Shown in pieces: positions 12,573 through 24,400 of a stretch of 64,000 bases of DNA (within the stretch, counting starts at the first letter, position 1; every line of letters starts with the position of its first letter). Below the pieces are notes generated by a model. It had not been told where the DNA came from. It was given only the letters and a program-made list of their open reading frames with translations, and ran no database searches. The DNA is taken from assembly GCA_036172245.1 (NCBI GenBank), contig JAYWIR010000026.1, forward strand, positions 1,302,001 through 1,366,000. The letters are read 5' to 3'. Position numbers and translations under genes: made by a program. Origin of the DNA: Raillietiella orientalis (taxonomy: Eukaryota).

Positions 12573-12621
12573 GGCCAGTTCTCAGGAACCACAGCGGCGG
12601 GTTCGATCCCCGCGACGGCCG
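12573..12621 (+). pseudogene. tRNA-derived relic (tRNA-Ile-like ends, internally deleted), possible SINE head
   Basis: ggccagttctcag...gcgggttcgatccccgcgacggcc resembles the 5' (GGCCGGTTAGCTCAG) and 3' (GCGGGTTCGATCCCCGTACGGGCC) ends of eukaryotic tRNA-Ile(AAT). B box intact, anticodon arm missing. Confidence 0.4.
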
Positions 12622-14849
12622 CGAGAATCCGAGACACCCAAAGGCATCTGGTGATGGATTCGCTGCTCTCGGAGTTGTGTGTACACCTCGACGCGCTAGC
12701 GCGTCCGGTGTACAGTCCGTCCCCCGCAGTCTGTTTCTGCCAGTGGTGCTTCGCGGTATTCGCGATCTTGGTAGCATGGAATACCACGCGAAGCCACGCA
12801 GCGGGCAGTCCGCAGCCCGTTGGGACAGCAAAGCCCACCGACGGTATTCCGGACTGAGGAATGCTCTGCTTTGCCAAGATGAATGAGGAGAATCAAATCA
12901 AATAGCCTGTCTGGGAAATTGGGTTATCCTTTCGTGGAACCTTGCCGGCGCTGAAACTCAACTGAATTTTCAGCGCAGTACGCATTTGTGGCTGTATACA
13001 TCGATGATCTTTGAAACAGTACCAGTATCCACTAGTGACCGCGAGCGCCCTTCTACATCTTTGGTTCATAGAAAGAAAAAAAAAAAAAAACTCGGCACAT
13101 TCCAATCAAAAAATTACGCACTGAACGTGTGTGCATGATATGTATTCCCCCACTGGCAAACGTTTACAAATAAATACATGTACTGTGTTTGTACAGGAGA
13201 TTGAATTCATGATTGCTATGGCAATCTGTTTCGTTTATCTCGATTTTTCGCGCATAATTCATCCCAAAGGAACATCACGGAAACACCCACGTTTGAGGTA
13301 TCTTGTTATTTATGGGATGACAACAAGCGGTCATTGCGGCAGATAACAGAAAAGATTACATTCTAATAACGCGTTGCCATTCTACATTTTTTCCGGGTGA
13401 TGATTCTAAATGCCGCATAGGAAGCTGTTGGAGCAAGCAAATCGCACTCTGGAACCTTGGGGAATCTTCTAGAAGAGGCGCTCAGAAGATTCAAATGAAG
13501 GTTTGCATGATTATTGGTTAATCAGAATGACGTCAGTGAGCAAAGTCGGCACGCTGACTCATGTCATTAAGTATCCACAATGTTGATGCTTACGACATGC
13601 GTCAACCTGCGGCCCGTTAGAGCAAAAAGGTTGCCCCATCGCCGCTTCGTCTTCAACCGCGCTCTGGATCCCGAAGCCTTTCCTTCTTCCAGGCTCGTTA
13701 GCAGCACCACCTGGATGTACGTCTTGGATTTCACGGGAAGAATCCGAGCCGAAAGGACGAGGCAGGCGTATTGCACTCTCGGAAAACTGCCGCCCGGCTG
13801 CTTCGAGCCAGCGACGGCCTGTTGCAATCCCGGCGCAGAAGGGAAGCCGCCGACAAAGAGGGCATCCCCGTCTCGGTTCTCCCGTAGCCTTCTCTCGGAA
13901 GATCGATGGGCGCCGCTAAGCGCAGCGTGCAGCTACCGGAGCACACGGCACTTACGGCGGACGAGGAGAAGCACACTCATCCCCGGACTCCGAAAACCAC
14001 CAACCCGGCCCGCCCGGGAAGCAAGGCTGGGGTCCGCCGACTCGCGGTGGATCACGACGACCACCGCTGCCCCGTCCCCTTCCGCCGGCACAGAGGGAGC
14101 GGACGCGGGGGCAGTCCGGTCACGAGTCGGGCTGGAAGGGCGAGAGGCGAGGGCGAAGGTTCACAACCACGCGGTGCCTCCACCGGAAGGAGGAAGAGGG
14201 TGGACAGGCGGAAGCAGTACCCTCGTTCGTGCCGCGCTTCTAAGCAACAGAGCGCCGGTAGAGGGCAGCATCGTTCCCGTCCACTGGTGATTAGGGTGAG
14301 CATCTTTGAAAGCTGCAAGTAGCAATTAAGACGGCATTTTCTTCCCCCAAGGAAGATTTATGGGGACGCTCGCAGGTCATAAGCTTCTTTATGGAGACGC
14401 TGGATCTGTAATTTCTGGCTGCAAATCTTCTTTCTGGATTCGATCTCGGAGCTGCATGGGAATCGCATCTCTGATTGCTCCAGAAATCAAGGAAGGCGAT
14501 CGAAAGTGCAAGAAAATAAAATGCATCTGATTGAGATGTATTGCGGAGGAACTCCGTCTGAGTTTCTGTGCTCAGCATCGCCGCTGCGATTGTTGCGCCA
14601 TCTATGCGCCGTTGATGGAAGTGATGGAGTGCTGATGCAGCGTGAATGTACCGGATGTGCTCGAAAAAAACCCACACACGTACACAAAAAAAAGGAGGAG
14701 GGGAGGGAGGCGGATTGCCTCTGCCACTTTCCCTCCGCTGCTGCGGGGTGGCAACCTCGGTCGATAGGCCGGAAGCCGAGGATCGAACGCTTTCGCTTTC
14801 TGCTGGTTTTTCCGTCCCTGTCAGGTAACACTGCCGGGAGGAAAGTGGT

Positions 14850-17800
14850 CTCCCAGGGTGGTTTCCTACCTTCCCGGGACCGTCCGGACGGAGGAGGTGG
14901 TCAGAGGATATTGTCGGCGCTGGGGAGGCCGAACGCCGTCTAGAGACCACGAGGCGCCCAATGCCCTGGAGGGTTCGTGGGGGTCTCTCGAGTCGGGTGG
15001 CTTGGACCTCATCACCTGCCTGATGCCGATGACCTCCCGCAGGGCCGCCCCGACCTCTGCGTGTTTGTTTCGAAGCGGATGGAGCTCGCTCGCTCTTCCG
15101 CCCGACCTCGCGTCTTCGTGCCGCTCTGATTGGCTGCGCGTCGCCCGGCGGCGGGTCGTGACCCGCCAGCTCCCCTCCCCCCCTGTCCTTCAGGGTCCCT
15201 CCACCTGGTCAACGCCGTGCGGTCGGCGGCTCCTTCCGGACGCAGCGGGCAATCCGCTTCTACTTCGAGAAAGTTCCCACAGCCTCCCTCCCTCCAACTC
15301 CTTTGCCGCCAGCGAAAGCGAGGAAGTCCTCTTCCTACTGCGAGACGCTGGCAACTGCCGCACCCTCCCGACTCTTCCCAGAACGTCCGTCCCCTTGAAG
15401 AACGGCTGGGCGCCACATCCTGGTCCTATCCACCACGAACGGGTACCTCCCTCCTCAGCGGGAAGACGTGAGACTGCGCAGCTCCGCCCCCCTGGGAGGC
15501 AGGCGTTCCTGCGGTTATCTGCTGGAGAGTTCCTGGAGAGGCTGCCTTCCTCTTTCGTTCCCGACCAAGGCGCGCCACACTCCGAGCCGCGATCCGAAAT
15601 AGAGAGCCTCGCTCTTGCGGTCCAGGTCAAGAGGGCGCGAGGAGCTGCCTCCTGGGGCGAAATCCTCGAGTTCCCACGGCGGCTTCTTCCTGACCACTGC
15701 TTGAAGGCGAGTTCCGAGTTCACTGGAAAGTGGGAAGGCTCCCCATTCGGTAGGAGGAGACGAACGGTTCTGGAAGCGGCCGCCTCTAAGGAAGCGAAGA
15801 GGATGAAACTCTTTAGAATGGACCCTCCTCCATCCTCCCCCACGATCGCTCCACCCTTCCTTCATTCTCCCTCACTATTGTTCTACCCTTCCAGCTCCTC
15901 TGGAGAAATTCCATTCCTTCATCGCCTTCTGCCCATCAGATAGGGCGGACGGTCGTCTCCTCCTTACACCCTCCTGTCCTGGTCGCCTCTACTTCCTTGT
16001 TTGCCCTTTCTAGGATCACAGAGTGACCCCAAGGTCGTCTTCAGAGCTTCCCAGCTGAGGGCCAGCCATTACGTGTAGTGGGATGGTCTTCTGGAGCGAA
16101 GTCCACTAGGAGAGAGGGAACAGCCGTCACACGCCGTGGGCGAGGGACATTTCCTTTTCTTTCTGAGTTGCGCCTGACAGTAGGGGGAAGCGGCCATTTT
16201 CTGGGGCGCTCGCTCGCTCTTCCCCATGGGGACTGTCTCTCCGTCTGTCACGGGACACACGCGAGATCGGGGTTGGAGAGAAGGGCGGGGCGGGGCGGGG
16301 ACCGGGTAGCGAGGGGTTCCTCTTGCCTTTCCCTGTTCCTCTGCAGCCGGGGATGGACGACGGATGTGGCCGGAATCAGCCTGTGTTCCTCCCTCTCCTC
16401 TTTCCTGTCCACCCTTCCCGACTCCAGTGCGATCCTCGCAGCGCAACGAGGTGGACACGCAAGCGTGAGCAAGGAAGGAGGGGAGAAAAAAAAACGAAAA
16501 CAAAAAAAGGGAAAAAAATCGGAGAGAGAGCGGACGGGCGGGCGAGCGAAAATCACAGGACGCGGAACTCCGGCATCGTCCGCGGCGGCGGCGGCGCGAA
16601 TGCGTGAAGTGCAGAATCCACATTTTGGCTGTTTTTTGTCCACTGCCCAGCAACTGTTGGGAGAAGGGGGGGAGAACGCGATTCTCATGCTGGCGGTTGC
16701 GGTCCAGAGAGGAGGGGAGGCTGGCGGAGGCAACCGCGTGATCGCATTCCGGCGCAGGGAGCGGCTGGCCGCGGGCAGCGGCAGCGCCTCTCTCGTCTCG
16801 GCGGCGGAAGCAGGGAAAGGAGGGGATGGAAGGGGTGAGGTGGGTTCGCGCTCTGGGGTTGTGTGGGATACCGGCGTCCCCGCGGGCGGCTCCTCGTCAC
16901 CTTCCGACCCCCAGTATATTCATTAGTGACCGCCGAGGATCGGCGCGGGCGAGGTGGAGGCGGGAGCACAGCATGAGCGTACGAAAGCGGCGGCGCGCAG
17001 CGGAGTCATAAAGGCAGCGGCTGGGAGGCAGCCGACCCCTCCTCTTGGGCGGCGATGGGGGGTGCCATCCGGAAGGAACCCGGCGGAGGAGCGCGTCTGC
17101 GAAGGGCCTCCGACGGTGCCGCGAGAGAGAGCTGCGCAGGTTTGGCGACGCGCGCGCCTCTCAGCCCTACTGCGGGAAAACATCGCCTTCTGCCCACCGG
17201 AAGGAGCGTGGGAGAGGCGGCAGCCGCCGGGGAGGTGCCTGGCGGCGTCCAGCAGAAGCTGCCACTCCGCTCTTCGCGCCCCGCCCCCCTTCCGCGCTTC
17301 CCACGTCCTCGGGAGAACGAGCGCCCTCATTAGGGACGGCGCCGCTCCTCGTCGGCAGGCAGGGCGAGGGTCGCGCGTGCCCCCTGGCACCTCCGCGCAG
17401 CTGGTGGCTCGTTGGCGCTCTCTCTGCTTCCGATTGCTTACCGGAGCAGACGTTGAGACTTCCTGGAAAGGTGGCAGGCGGGAAGGGAGGGACTGGACGG
17501 AGGGTGGCGGGAAGCTACGCTACGCTTCCTCTCACTTTCCCCCCCTTCCTTTCCGCCCTTCGTTGCCAGGAGCAGCTGCTGGACCCCGGCCGAGTCGCCG
17601 CGCGAGCTCCCAGAATTCCGCAAGGAGCACCCTCATCAGATTCCAGTTTGCTTACTCATCTTCTCCCGTTAACCTTGCAGCCGCTGCTGAAAGGGAAGAA
17701 GCCGACGCCAGCCGGAAGTGCCATCCGACGCCGCACCCAGTCGTGCCCGGCGCTGCCGAGTCCGCAGCGTGCGCGTCGCGCCGCGCTCATCGCCAGAGCT

Positions 17801-20350
17801 CCGCTCTTCCGACAGGCTTCCTTCCTCCTCAGTCTCGGATCGGTCCAGCCCTTTTTGCCCGCGAGACGCTGGGAGAGCGAGAGGGCGAGCATCTCTCGCA
17901 TCTTACGCGGTCCACTTGGCTACTCCCTGCTCCACTCCCGGGGGGCGACCCGAAAGTCTTAGCATCCGCATCCCTGCTCTCGCAGGAGGCAAAGGGTTTC
18001 TCCCTGGCGACTGCCCACCCTCCGCGCTCGTGTGGACGCGCGCCTCCTCCCAGGCTGGGCGCGCACGCCGCCGCCTACCTCAGGGATGCCGTGAGCCTCC
18101 CTGCAGCGGCGGGGAGGCGCTGATTCCCTAGAGTGCAGCAGACCCGACAGGGTCGCGCTACTCTTGGGGAAGCTCCGACCACTGCGTGCGGAGGTGCGGT
18201 GACCACCGCCGACCGCTCTCTCCCGCGCACGGATCCCGCGATTGGCCGCTCGGAAAATTTTCCAACCTGTTCCCGGGGGAGGAGGCGGGATCCGGGAGAC
18301 ATCCCGGGACGCGACTGCGGGAAGACGGACGGACCTCTCCGTGAGCTCGCTTGGCGCCGTCGTCCAGCGAGCCTCCGCCGCCTTCCTTCCACCCGCATCG
18401 CGTCCGTGTGGAAAGTCCGCTCCCGGCCGGAGAGAGCGAGCGAGTGAGCGGGGAGGGGGAGGAAAGGAAAACGGAAAGAGGAGGAGGAGGGGGTGAAGGA
18501 GGTTGCTGCCGTCACGGGCAGAGTCGCCTTGGTGCGCTTTCTCGCGAAGGCACGTTCTCAGCGGTTCACCCAACGGTGAGGTCGCGGACCGCGCTCGGCG
18601 CTTCCTGCTTTCGCGGACCAGCCTTGGAGGTTCCCCAGGCTTCCGGTCCGGCGACTCCCTGGCCGCTCCGCGCTTTCTTTCTTCCCCTTCCTATGCCCGC
18701 CTCTCTCTTCCGGAGGCGCTCATCCCCACCGCTCTCGTGGCGGAGGAGGCGCGTGACGTTTCGTTCCAGGAACCGCCCGTGTTTTCGGGCTGGAATTCCG
18801 GAACTGCGAGGCACTCGTGGCCGCGACCTCCGCAGGAACGCGCGTCCAGCCATTGGACGTCGCTTGCTCGAGGAACACCGGTTCCTTTTGGCCGTCCGCA
18901 AGATGGCCGCCTCGCGCTGACCGTCGCTGCCTTGGAGCCGCATTCGCTCATCGGGCGCTCGGATGGCCGCGGGGGCGGGCCGTCGTTCGCAAACGGGCAG
19001 GGGAGCCTTCCTGCGGCTGGAACCTGGTAAACCCGCATGGGCCCTGGAAAACGGGAGAAGTTTGGAGGGAAGCGTGGAGGGGCGACGGGAAGCCTTTCGA
19101 AAGTTCGCGGAGCTGTCGCCGCCGGAAGCGAGAGGGAAGGGAAGAGGAAAAGGTTCTTGGAGGCAGCGCTGGGTCTGGACGTCTGCTCCTGGGTGGCACC
19201 TGGGCGACGGCCGTCCGGCCCCGTACCTTCCCTGCTTGTTGCTCAGATAGGATGCCGCCTGCTCTCGGCCCTGCAGCCGAGCTCGGAGGCACGCGGAACG
19301 CATTGGCGCGCGCGGCAACCCGTCGCAGGCAGGCGCCAGCGGGCGGGCGAGCCACGAGGAATTCCGACTCCTGCACGGGGAAGAAGGAGAGAGGGGGAAG
19401 GCGAGGGGGAGGGAAGAGTCTTGCCTTCGCTGGCCAGGGTCCCAGCGAGCGAGCATCTGAATACAAGAGAGCGCGCGCGCGCGGAAGATGCGTTCGTTCT
19501 CAGCGATTCGCGCGGCAATTAAAGATTTACCGGACTGCCAAATCGGCGCAGCAGTGGACGAAGAAGAAAAAAAAAAGATCGCCCTGCTGTTTGAAATTCG
19601 TCCCGAAAGACTTTTTCTCATGCGCGTCCCGGCGGAAAAAAAAAAAAAAAATCCCATAAGGAATTCTTCCGCAAGACGTTCCAATGCATCCGCCATAATG
19701 GTTATTGCTTGATAATTAAAACAGGATAGCTGTCCAGGTGCGATGAACTCCTTTTGTTCGGCCGGCAATCTTTTAGAATTATTGGCAAATAAAAGACAAA
19801 ACTCCAAACAAACACGCGCATCACGTTCGGATTTTGGCAATTATCACCTTTGCAGAAAAATCTCGGCGTTCCTCCCGATCGGAAACGTCTCGCGAAGAGG
19901 GGATGTCGTCCTCCCCCATGGAAGAAAAAAAAAAAAAAAACAGCCACCGACCCCATAAACTGCCTAGGGAGAAATTGGGCGTCCCATAAAGCCTATTCCG
20001 CAAGCAGTTTCTTTCCTCCTCGCATCCCTCCCCCCCACTTCCCCCTTTCGTCGCGGCACGACTCGATCCCTTCGCTTTCACTTAGAAAACCAGCTTCGCT
20101 CTTCTAAACGGTTGCTTCCCTCCTTCTTCCTTGGGTTAGAGCTGCCTTCCGCCCGGTCGCTAAGCTGGGAACGGCGCTCCTCCTTCTCTCTCTCCTCTTC
20201 GCAGGAGCTCCCCCGCTCACGGGAGAGCGCGGGCCTGTTTCACGGAAAAATCGAAGCGCTCGTGTTTTTCGAAGCGCGATTCCAGCGGTTTTCTTGGAAC
20301 TCTAATGGAAATGACACTCCCTCCTCCCCCCTTCCCCTCCGTAGCTAGCG
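14850..20350. promoter_or_regulatory. GC/CpG-rich, TE-poor island with promoter-like motifs
   Basis: No recognisable retroelement motifs over ~5.5 kb. Tandem GC boxes 16283-16300; YY1/Pho-type GCGGCCATTTT 16190-16200 and CAAGATGGCCGCC 18899-18911; reverse CCAAT boxes at 15128 and 18240; CCGGAAGT 17712-17719. No linked exon identified. Confidence 0.3.
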
Positions 20351-20439
20351 ATTCGAGGGGCAGGGGCCAAATTTTTGGCAGTAGCTGACCAAGAAGAAAA
20401 GTCTTGATGGCAAGGATTTCCTCCCGTATCCAGAGAAGG

Positions 20440-21260
20440 GTCCCTTTCTCGGAAAGATCGCGCCCCGAGCGTTTGGGAGGAAGGATGAGATCCCCGGGAA
20501 GCAAGTGTCCGGGCGTCAGATTCGTCCCGCCGGCGTGCGAGTGACCCGCTGACCGCCCCTCTCCCGAACGAATCCCACTGAACGACCTGCATTGGCGGCA
20601 GCGTGGCCAGGCCCAGCGGGTTCGAATCCCGCCCGGGGAGAAGGATCGACGTCGAGAAATCGGGGGTGCGTCGTGGGTCGGATCTCAAGTCACCCTCGCA
20701 GGACTCTGGCTGGCCGATGGGCTTCGAGATGAGGTACTGGTGGAAGCCAGAGACCTCGGATGCCCATGTTGACCTCCCGGGATTGGAAGTTGACCTTTCG
20801 CAGTTGACCCTCCAGGATTCAAGGATCCTTTTCCTTTCGAGATTGTTCTCCGGTTGTGAAAATTGAGCCATTCTTCCCCCATCCGCAAAGGGAGATTCTC
20901 TATCTCGTATTTTGGATCTTGTTGTAACCCCCCTCGGGGATAGCCTCTCCAGAGTATCAGGAAGAGCACAGCTCTGTACGGAGGGCGCCCTTAGGGAAAC
21001 TGGGGAGCGTCCCTTCAGGATTCTCTTCAGAGGAGGAGGAAACAGGGAGTGATTCCCCAGCGGGTTCTCTCCAGGAAGAAACGAGGAGTAGCCCCTTCGG
21101 GGAGTCCCTCCGAAGAGCATATGGAGGGAGGTTCCCTTCGAGTTTCCCCTACCAAGTGAGAGAGGAACGGACTCCTCCCTCCGGAGCTCCCTCCTCTCCT
21201 GGATCCATATGGTGGTACCCCTTCCCCATAACTTGAAGAGTAACACGCACTCTCGAGTGG
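20440..21260 (+). mobile_element. L1/Tx1-like family fragment
   Basis: GFESRPG...MRYWWKPETSD..DLPGLEVDL (ORF 20603..20866) aligns with the family blocks at 7960-8150 and 37250-37450. Confidence 0.7.
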
Positions 21261-21649
21261 CGTGGGCAGTGGTTAAGAAAAGCTTAGTGACCTGCCCTCC
21301 TCCTCCTGAGGAAGCGAGTGGTTCTTCTTCAGCGCTCCTCGACAACCAGAAAAGAAAAAAAAAAGGCTGGAAGGAAAGTGGCGAAGGACCTGCCGTCCTC
21401 TGGAGTCGCTGGCGCAGCCTCTTCTTGCGAGTCTCATGAACTCCGTCCGAGCTCGCCACCGCTCTCTTCTCCAGAAAGAGCTGCAAGGGCAGGTGGTCTC
21501 TCGTCCTCCGCGGAGGGAGGCGTTCCCCAGTCCTTCCCTCAGAGACGGCGGCGGCGGTTGCGCGGCCGGCGACCACTGCACTGCCCGTCTTCCGATTCAC
21601 ATCGGATTGCATCATCCAGGGGCAGCAGGCGAAAGAACCGCCCCAAGGA

Positions 21650-23100
21650 TCACGGAGGAAGCCCACGTCTCCTGCAGATTCCTTTCGGAAAAATCAGACG
21701 ATCACGAGGAACGCGCGCAAGTGCTGCGTGTCCCCGTGTTGACTGCTGTCATTTTCAACATGGTCGAAGTGAAGGTCCATTGGACGACGGAAGCTATGGA
21801 TACGAAAGCCATAAAACCAGCTGTAAAAGCCACAAAGAACACTTTGTGTCGTTGTTTAATTTGGCTGTGTTTCGCGAGGCAAAAGGTCAGAATGGGGACT
21901 GCCTCTGCACCTAGCAGGTGGGGCCGACGAGATTCCTAGAGTGTGGAGCTTCGTCGTCGACTGGAGCATCCGAAGGACCGCGAAGTGGTGTTTGGCCTGG
22001 ATCCGAAGCGGGGCGAGGCAGCGTTCATCGCTGGACGTCGAACCACCGGTTCCCTTCAAAATACGGGAGCTTTGAATCCTGGCTCCTGGAAGATACGATA
22101 AGATTGCTGGAGGCTGCTCCTCTCTGACTTTTCACAGGAAATGGGGAGGAGGTGTAAGAAGTTCTCGCCCAGCTTTCACGCGTCTCCCATGAGGTGAGGA
22201 ATGCAAAAACCGACAGCGACAGTCCTTATCTGACGAAGGGATGCACGATGGCATTCTGGTGAACGTTTCGCGCAGGATGTGTTCCGAACATCCGGGAAGA
22301 TCCCCAGCTCTTCGTCCACCACGGGCAAGCTTTTCCGCCCGCTGCTTCTGGAGCCAGGCTGGTGAGATGTTCCATCATGAAACATGCTGCTTCCGGAGCT
22401 GGAAATCTGGTCGATGGGACAGATCTCCCAAGAGAGAAGGGGGACGAGTCTCGCGGAGCACCGGCAAGGAGCTCGCTCGGTGACGTCTCCCTCCACTGAC
22501 ATTCCCCAGGGATCAGCAGGTTGCAGGAACCGCTCCCTGGGAAGAGTCAGGAACGCTGGCTGCTCTGTCTAGGGGCGCTTCTCCTAAGACGTCCTCTTTG
22601 GCGAGAACGGAATCGACCCAAGTGGTAAAGTCGGAAGCAGGCGCGGTGGTTGCGATTCCATCTATGCAGATATGGAGCTGCCAGGATCAGCGCTGGGAAC
22701 GAAGCAGAGGATAGGAGAAGTTCTGTGAATCTGCAAGATGCCTCGGGCAATCTGCGGTCTTCGCTAAGATGAAAAGGCTCAGTGCAGGAAGCTACTGACT
22801 CGGTATTCTGCACCGAGATTCTTTGGATGTTGGGAGGAAGAGGAAAAGTCTCTACTGGTTCTCTGCGAACGGAGGACCCTACGATTTTCTGTGGGGATCG
22901 CGCGGAGAGCAAACAATGTCCTCGGGGAGTTTCAGTGGACATTTATCACGGCAGTGCTCCAATTGGAAGGCCCCCGCGGACACGGGGAGATCCACTAGGT
23001 GAACGGCTCAAGAGGAACGGACAGTTGGCTGCAGCGGGGGTGAGGACTGGACAGATTGCCAAGCACGGCACATTGTCCCTGCAGGATCTCTCTCGTGAAG
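21650..23100 (+). mobile_element. RTE-like reverse transcriptase relic
   Basis: VLTAVIFNMV resembles the QG.VLSP.LFN motif; GTKQRIG resembles EIK.RIG; LLTRYSA..EEEEKSLLVLCERRTLRFSVG resembles VLTYG.E.W....E.KLLVFERK.LRRI.G. Confidence 0.5.
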
Positions 23101-23849
23101 CTAGGCACCCTGAGGGAACGTCCACTCTGGGTTTGCGAATTTTTTTCAAGCAGCGGGAAAGGATGCGGATGCAGGGCGTCGCCTGCCGAGGCAGCTGCAC
23201 GCACTTCGGGGGACTGACCGCCACCTCGGGTTTCACCAATTCCGTCGCGGAATTCACGTGGGACAAACAGAAACAAAGACGAGAGGAGTAGGAGGACGTG
23301 ATTCCCTGCATGCTTCTCGGGAGAGGCCCTTCAGAATCAAAAAGCAGCTCTCGAAGGAGGCGTTTTCGTTCCATGATGTTCCGCAACGGAGGATAACGCA
23401 AAGGTGAATCCTTTATGACCTGGTGGGCTGATGGTCTCCGAAAGAAGGGAATGAAGACGATTCCATTGTGGATCACGTCTCTTCCTCACTTCCCATTCCC
23501 GTGTCTTTCGGCAGGACTTAACGGACGAGTGGAGGCGGGTCCGAGATGGGCAACCGGAGACCCCCTAGCCGGTGCTCTCGACCGCCTGTGAAGACTCCTA
23601 TGGGGAACCTCCGACGCCCCTCCAGCCATTAGGAGTCGCTAGCTGCGTATTTGTTCGCACACTTGTTTTGAAAGCGAGCGATGGCCAGCATCCGGATACG
23701 CCATCTCCGCTATTTGCAGTGGTGTCTTCGGGCTGCCTCCTAGCTAAGTCGATATGCAAGGCAGGCTGAACAGAAGACGAGCCTGGAGATAAAAAAATTA
23801 AAAAAAAGGTGGCTTTTGCGAAGCATGAAACCGGTTGCCATGGGATCAG

Positions 23850-24400
23850 CATACGGACCGGATCCTCCCTCGTAGGCACGGGAGGAACGTTGGGAGAGCA
23901 CGGAACCTTACCTTCGCAAGGTGTTGAAAGAGGGGCAAGATGCAAGGAGGGGCACTTAGGCGCTTGATTCCTACCATCTCTGGGCAGGCGATTTGAGTCA
24001 TGCGGGGAAGAGAGGCACCTCGTCCACCTCCAGAACACGGATGAAAAAGCGCTCGCTCTCGGGAAGGATGTGTGTGTGTGTGTGTTTTTTTAACCCATTC
24101 CTTTCTTTTCTTTTTCCATCACACGGATTCGCGCCATTTCTCCGATGCTCTCAGCTTACAGTCCTGCTAGCTTTTCGCTGCCTGGCCACGATGCGCAGCA
24201 TCACTATGCACATCCTTCGGGTTGCTTGCGCAGTTCTTGCAGGCGCAGTGTCGAAAACCCTTCTCTTCTCCGATCGCTCCGACTTCCAGGGAGGAAGCGA
24301 GCGACTTCCGGAGCACAGAGGCTGGAGTGCGCCCTTCTGAACGGGAAGCAAAGTAGAGGCGAAGCTCTTCCGCTGCTTCTCGCGCGGGTGGGAACCTACG
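23850..24400 (+). mobile_element. RTE-like APE endonuclease relic
   Basis: MLSAYSPAS....HHYAHPSGCL resembles ISAYAPT.....FY..L...L; a shifted frame gives LLFSDRSDFQGGS, near the expected LGDFNARVG. Confidence 0.4.
24069..24085. repeat. (TG)n microsatellite
   Basis: tgtgtgtgtgtgtgtgt read directly. Confidence 0.9.

Noticed and set aside
12948..13035. 9 bp hairpin and downstream CTAG as a Helitron 3' end
   Set aside because: The CTAG is ~55 bp from the hairpin, too far for the usual arrangement, and no other Helitron feature is visible.
13190..13260. Possible splice acceptor and exon, or RT motif VYLDFS
   Set aside because: Isolated six-residue match with no neighbouring motifs or partner exons.
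14858..21666. Long ORFs of 280-454 aa (e.g. 14858+, 16954+, 18566-, 20302-)
   Set aside because: Arg/Ser/Pro/Gly-rich, overlapping in several frames, running through homopolymers, no domain recognised. Expected in GC-rich DNA; 20302- is largely antisense to a LINE relic.
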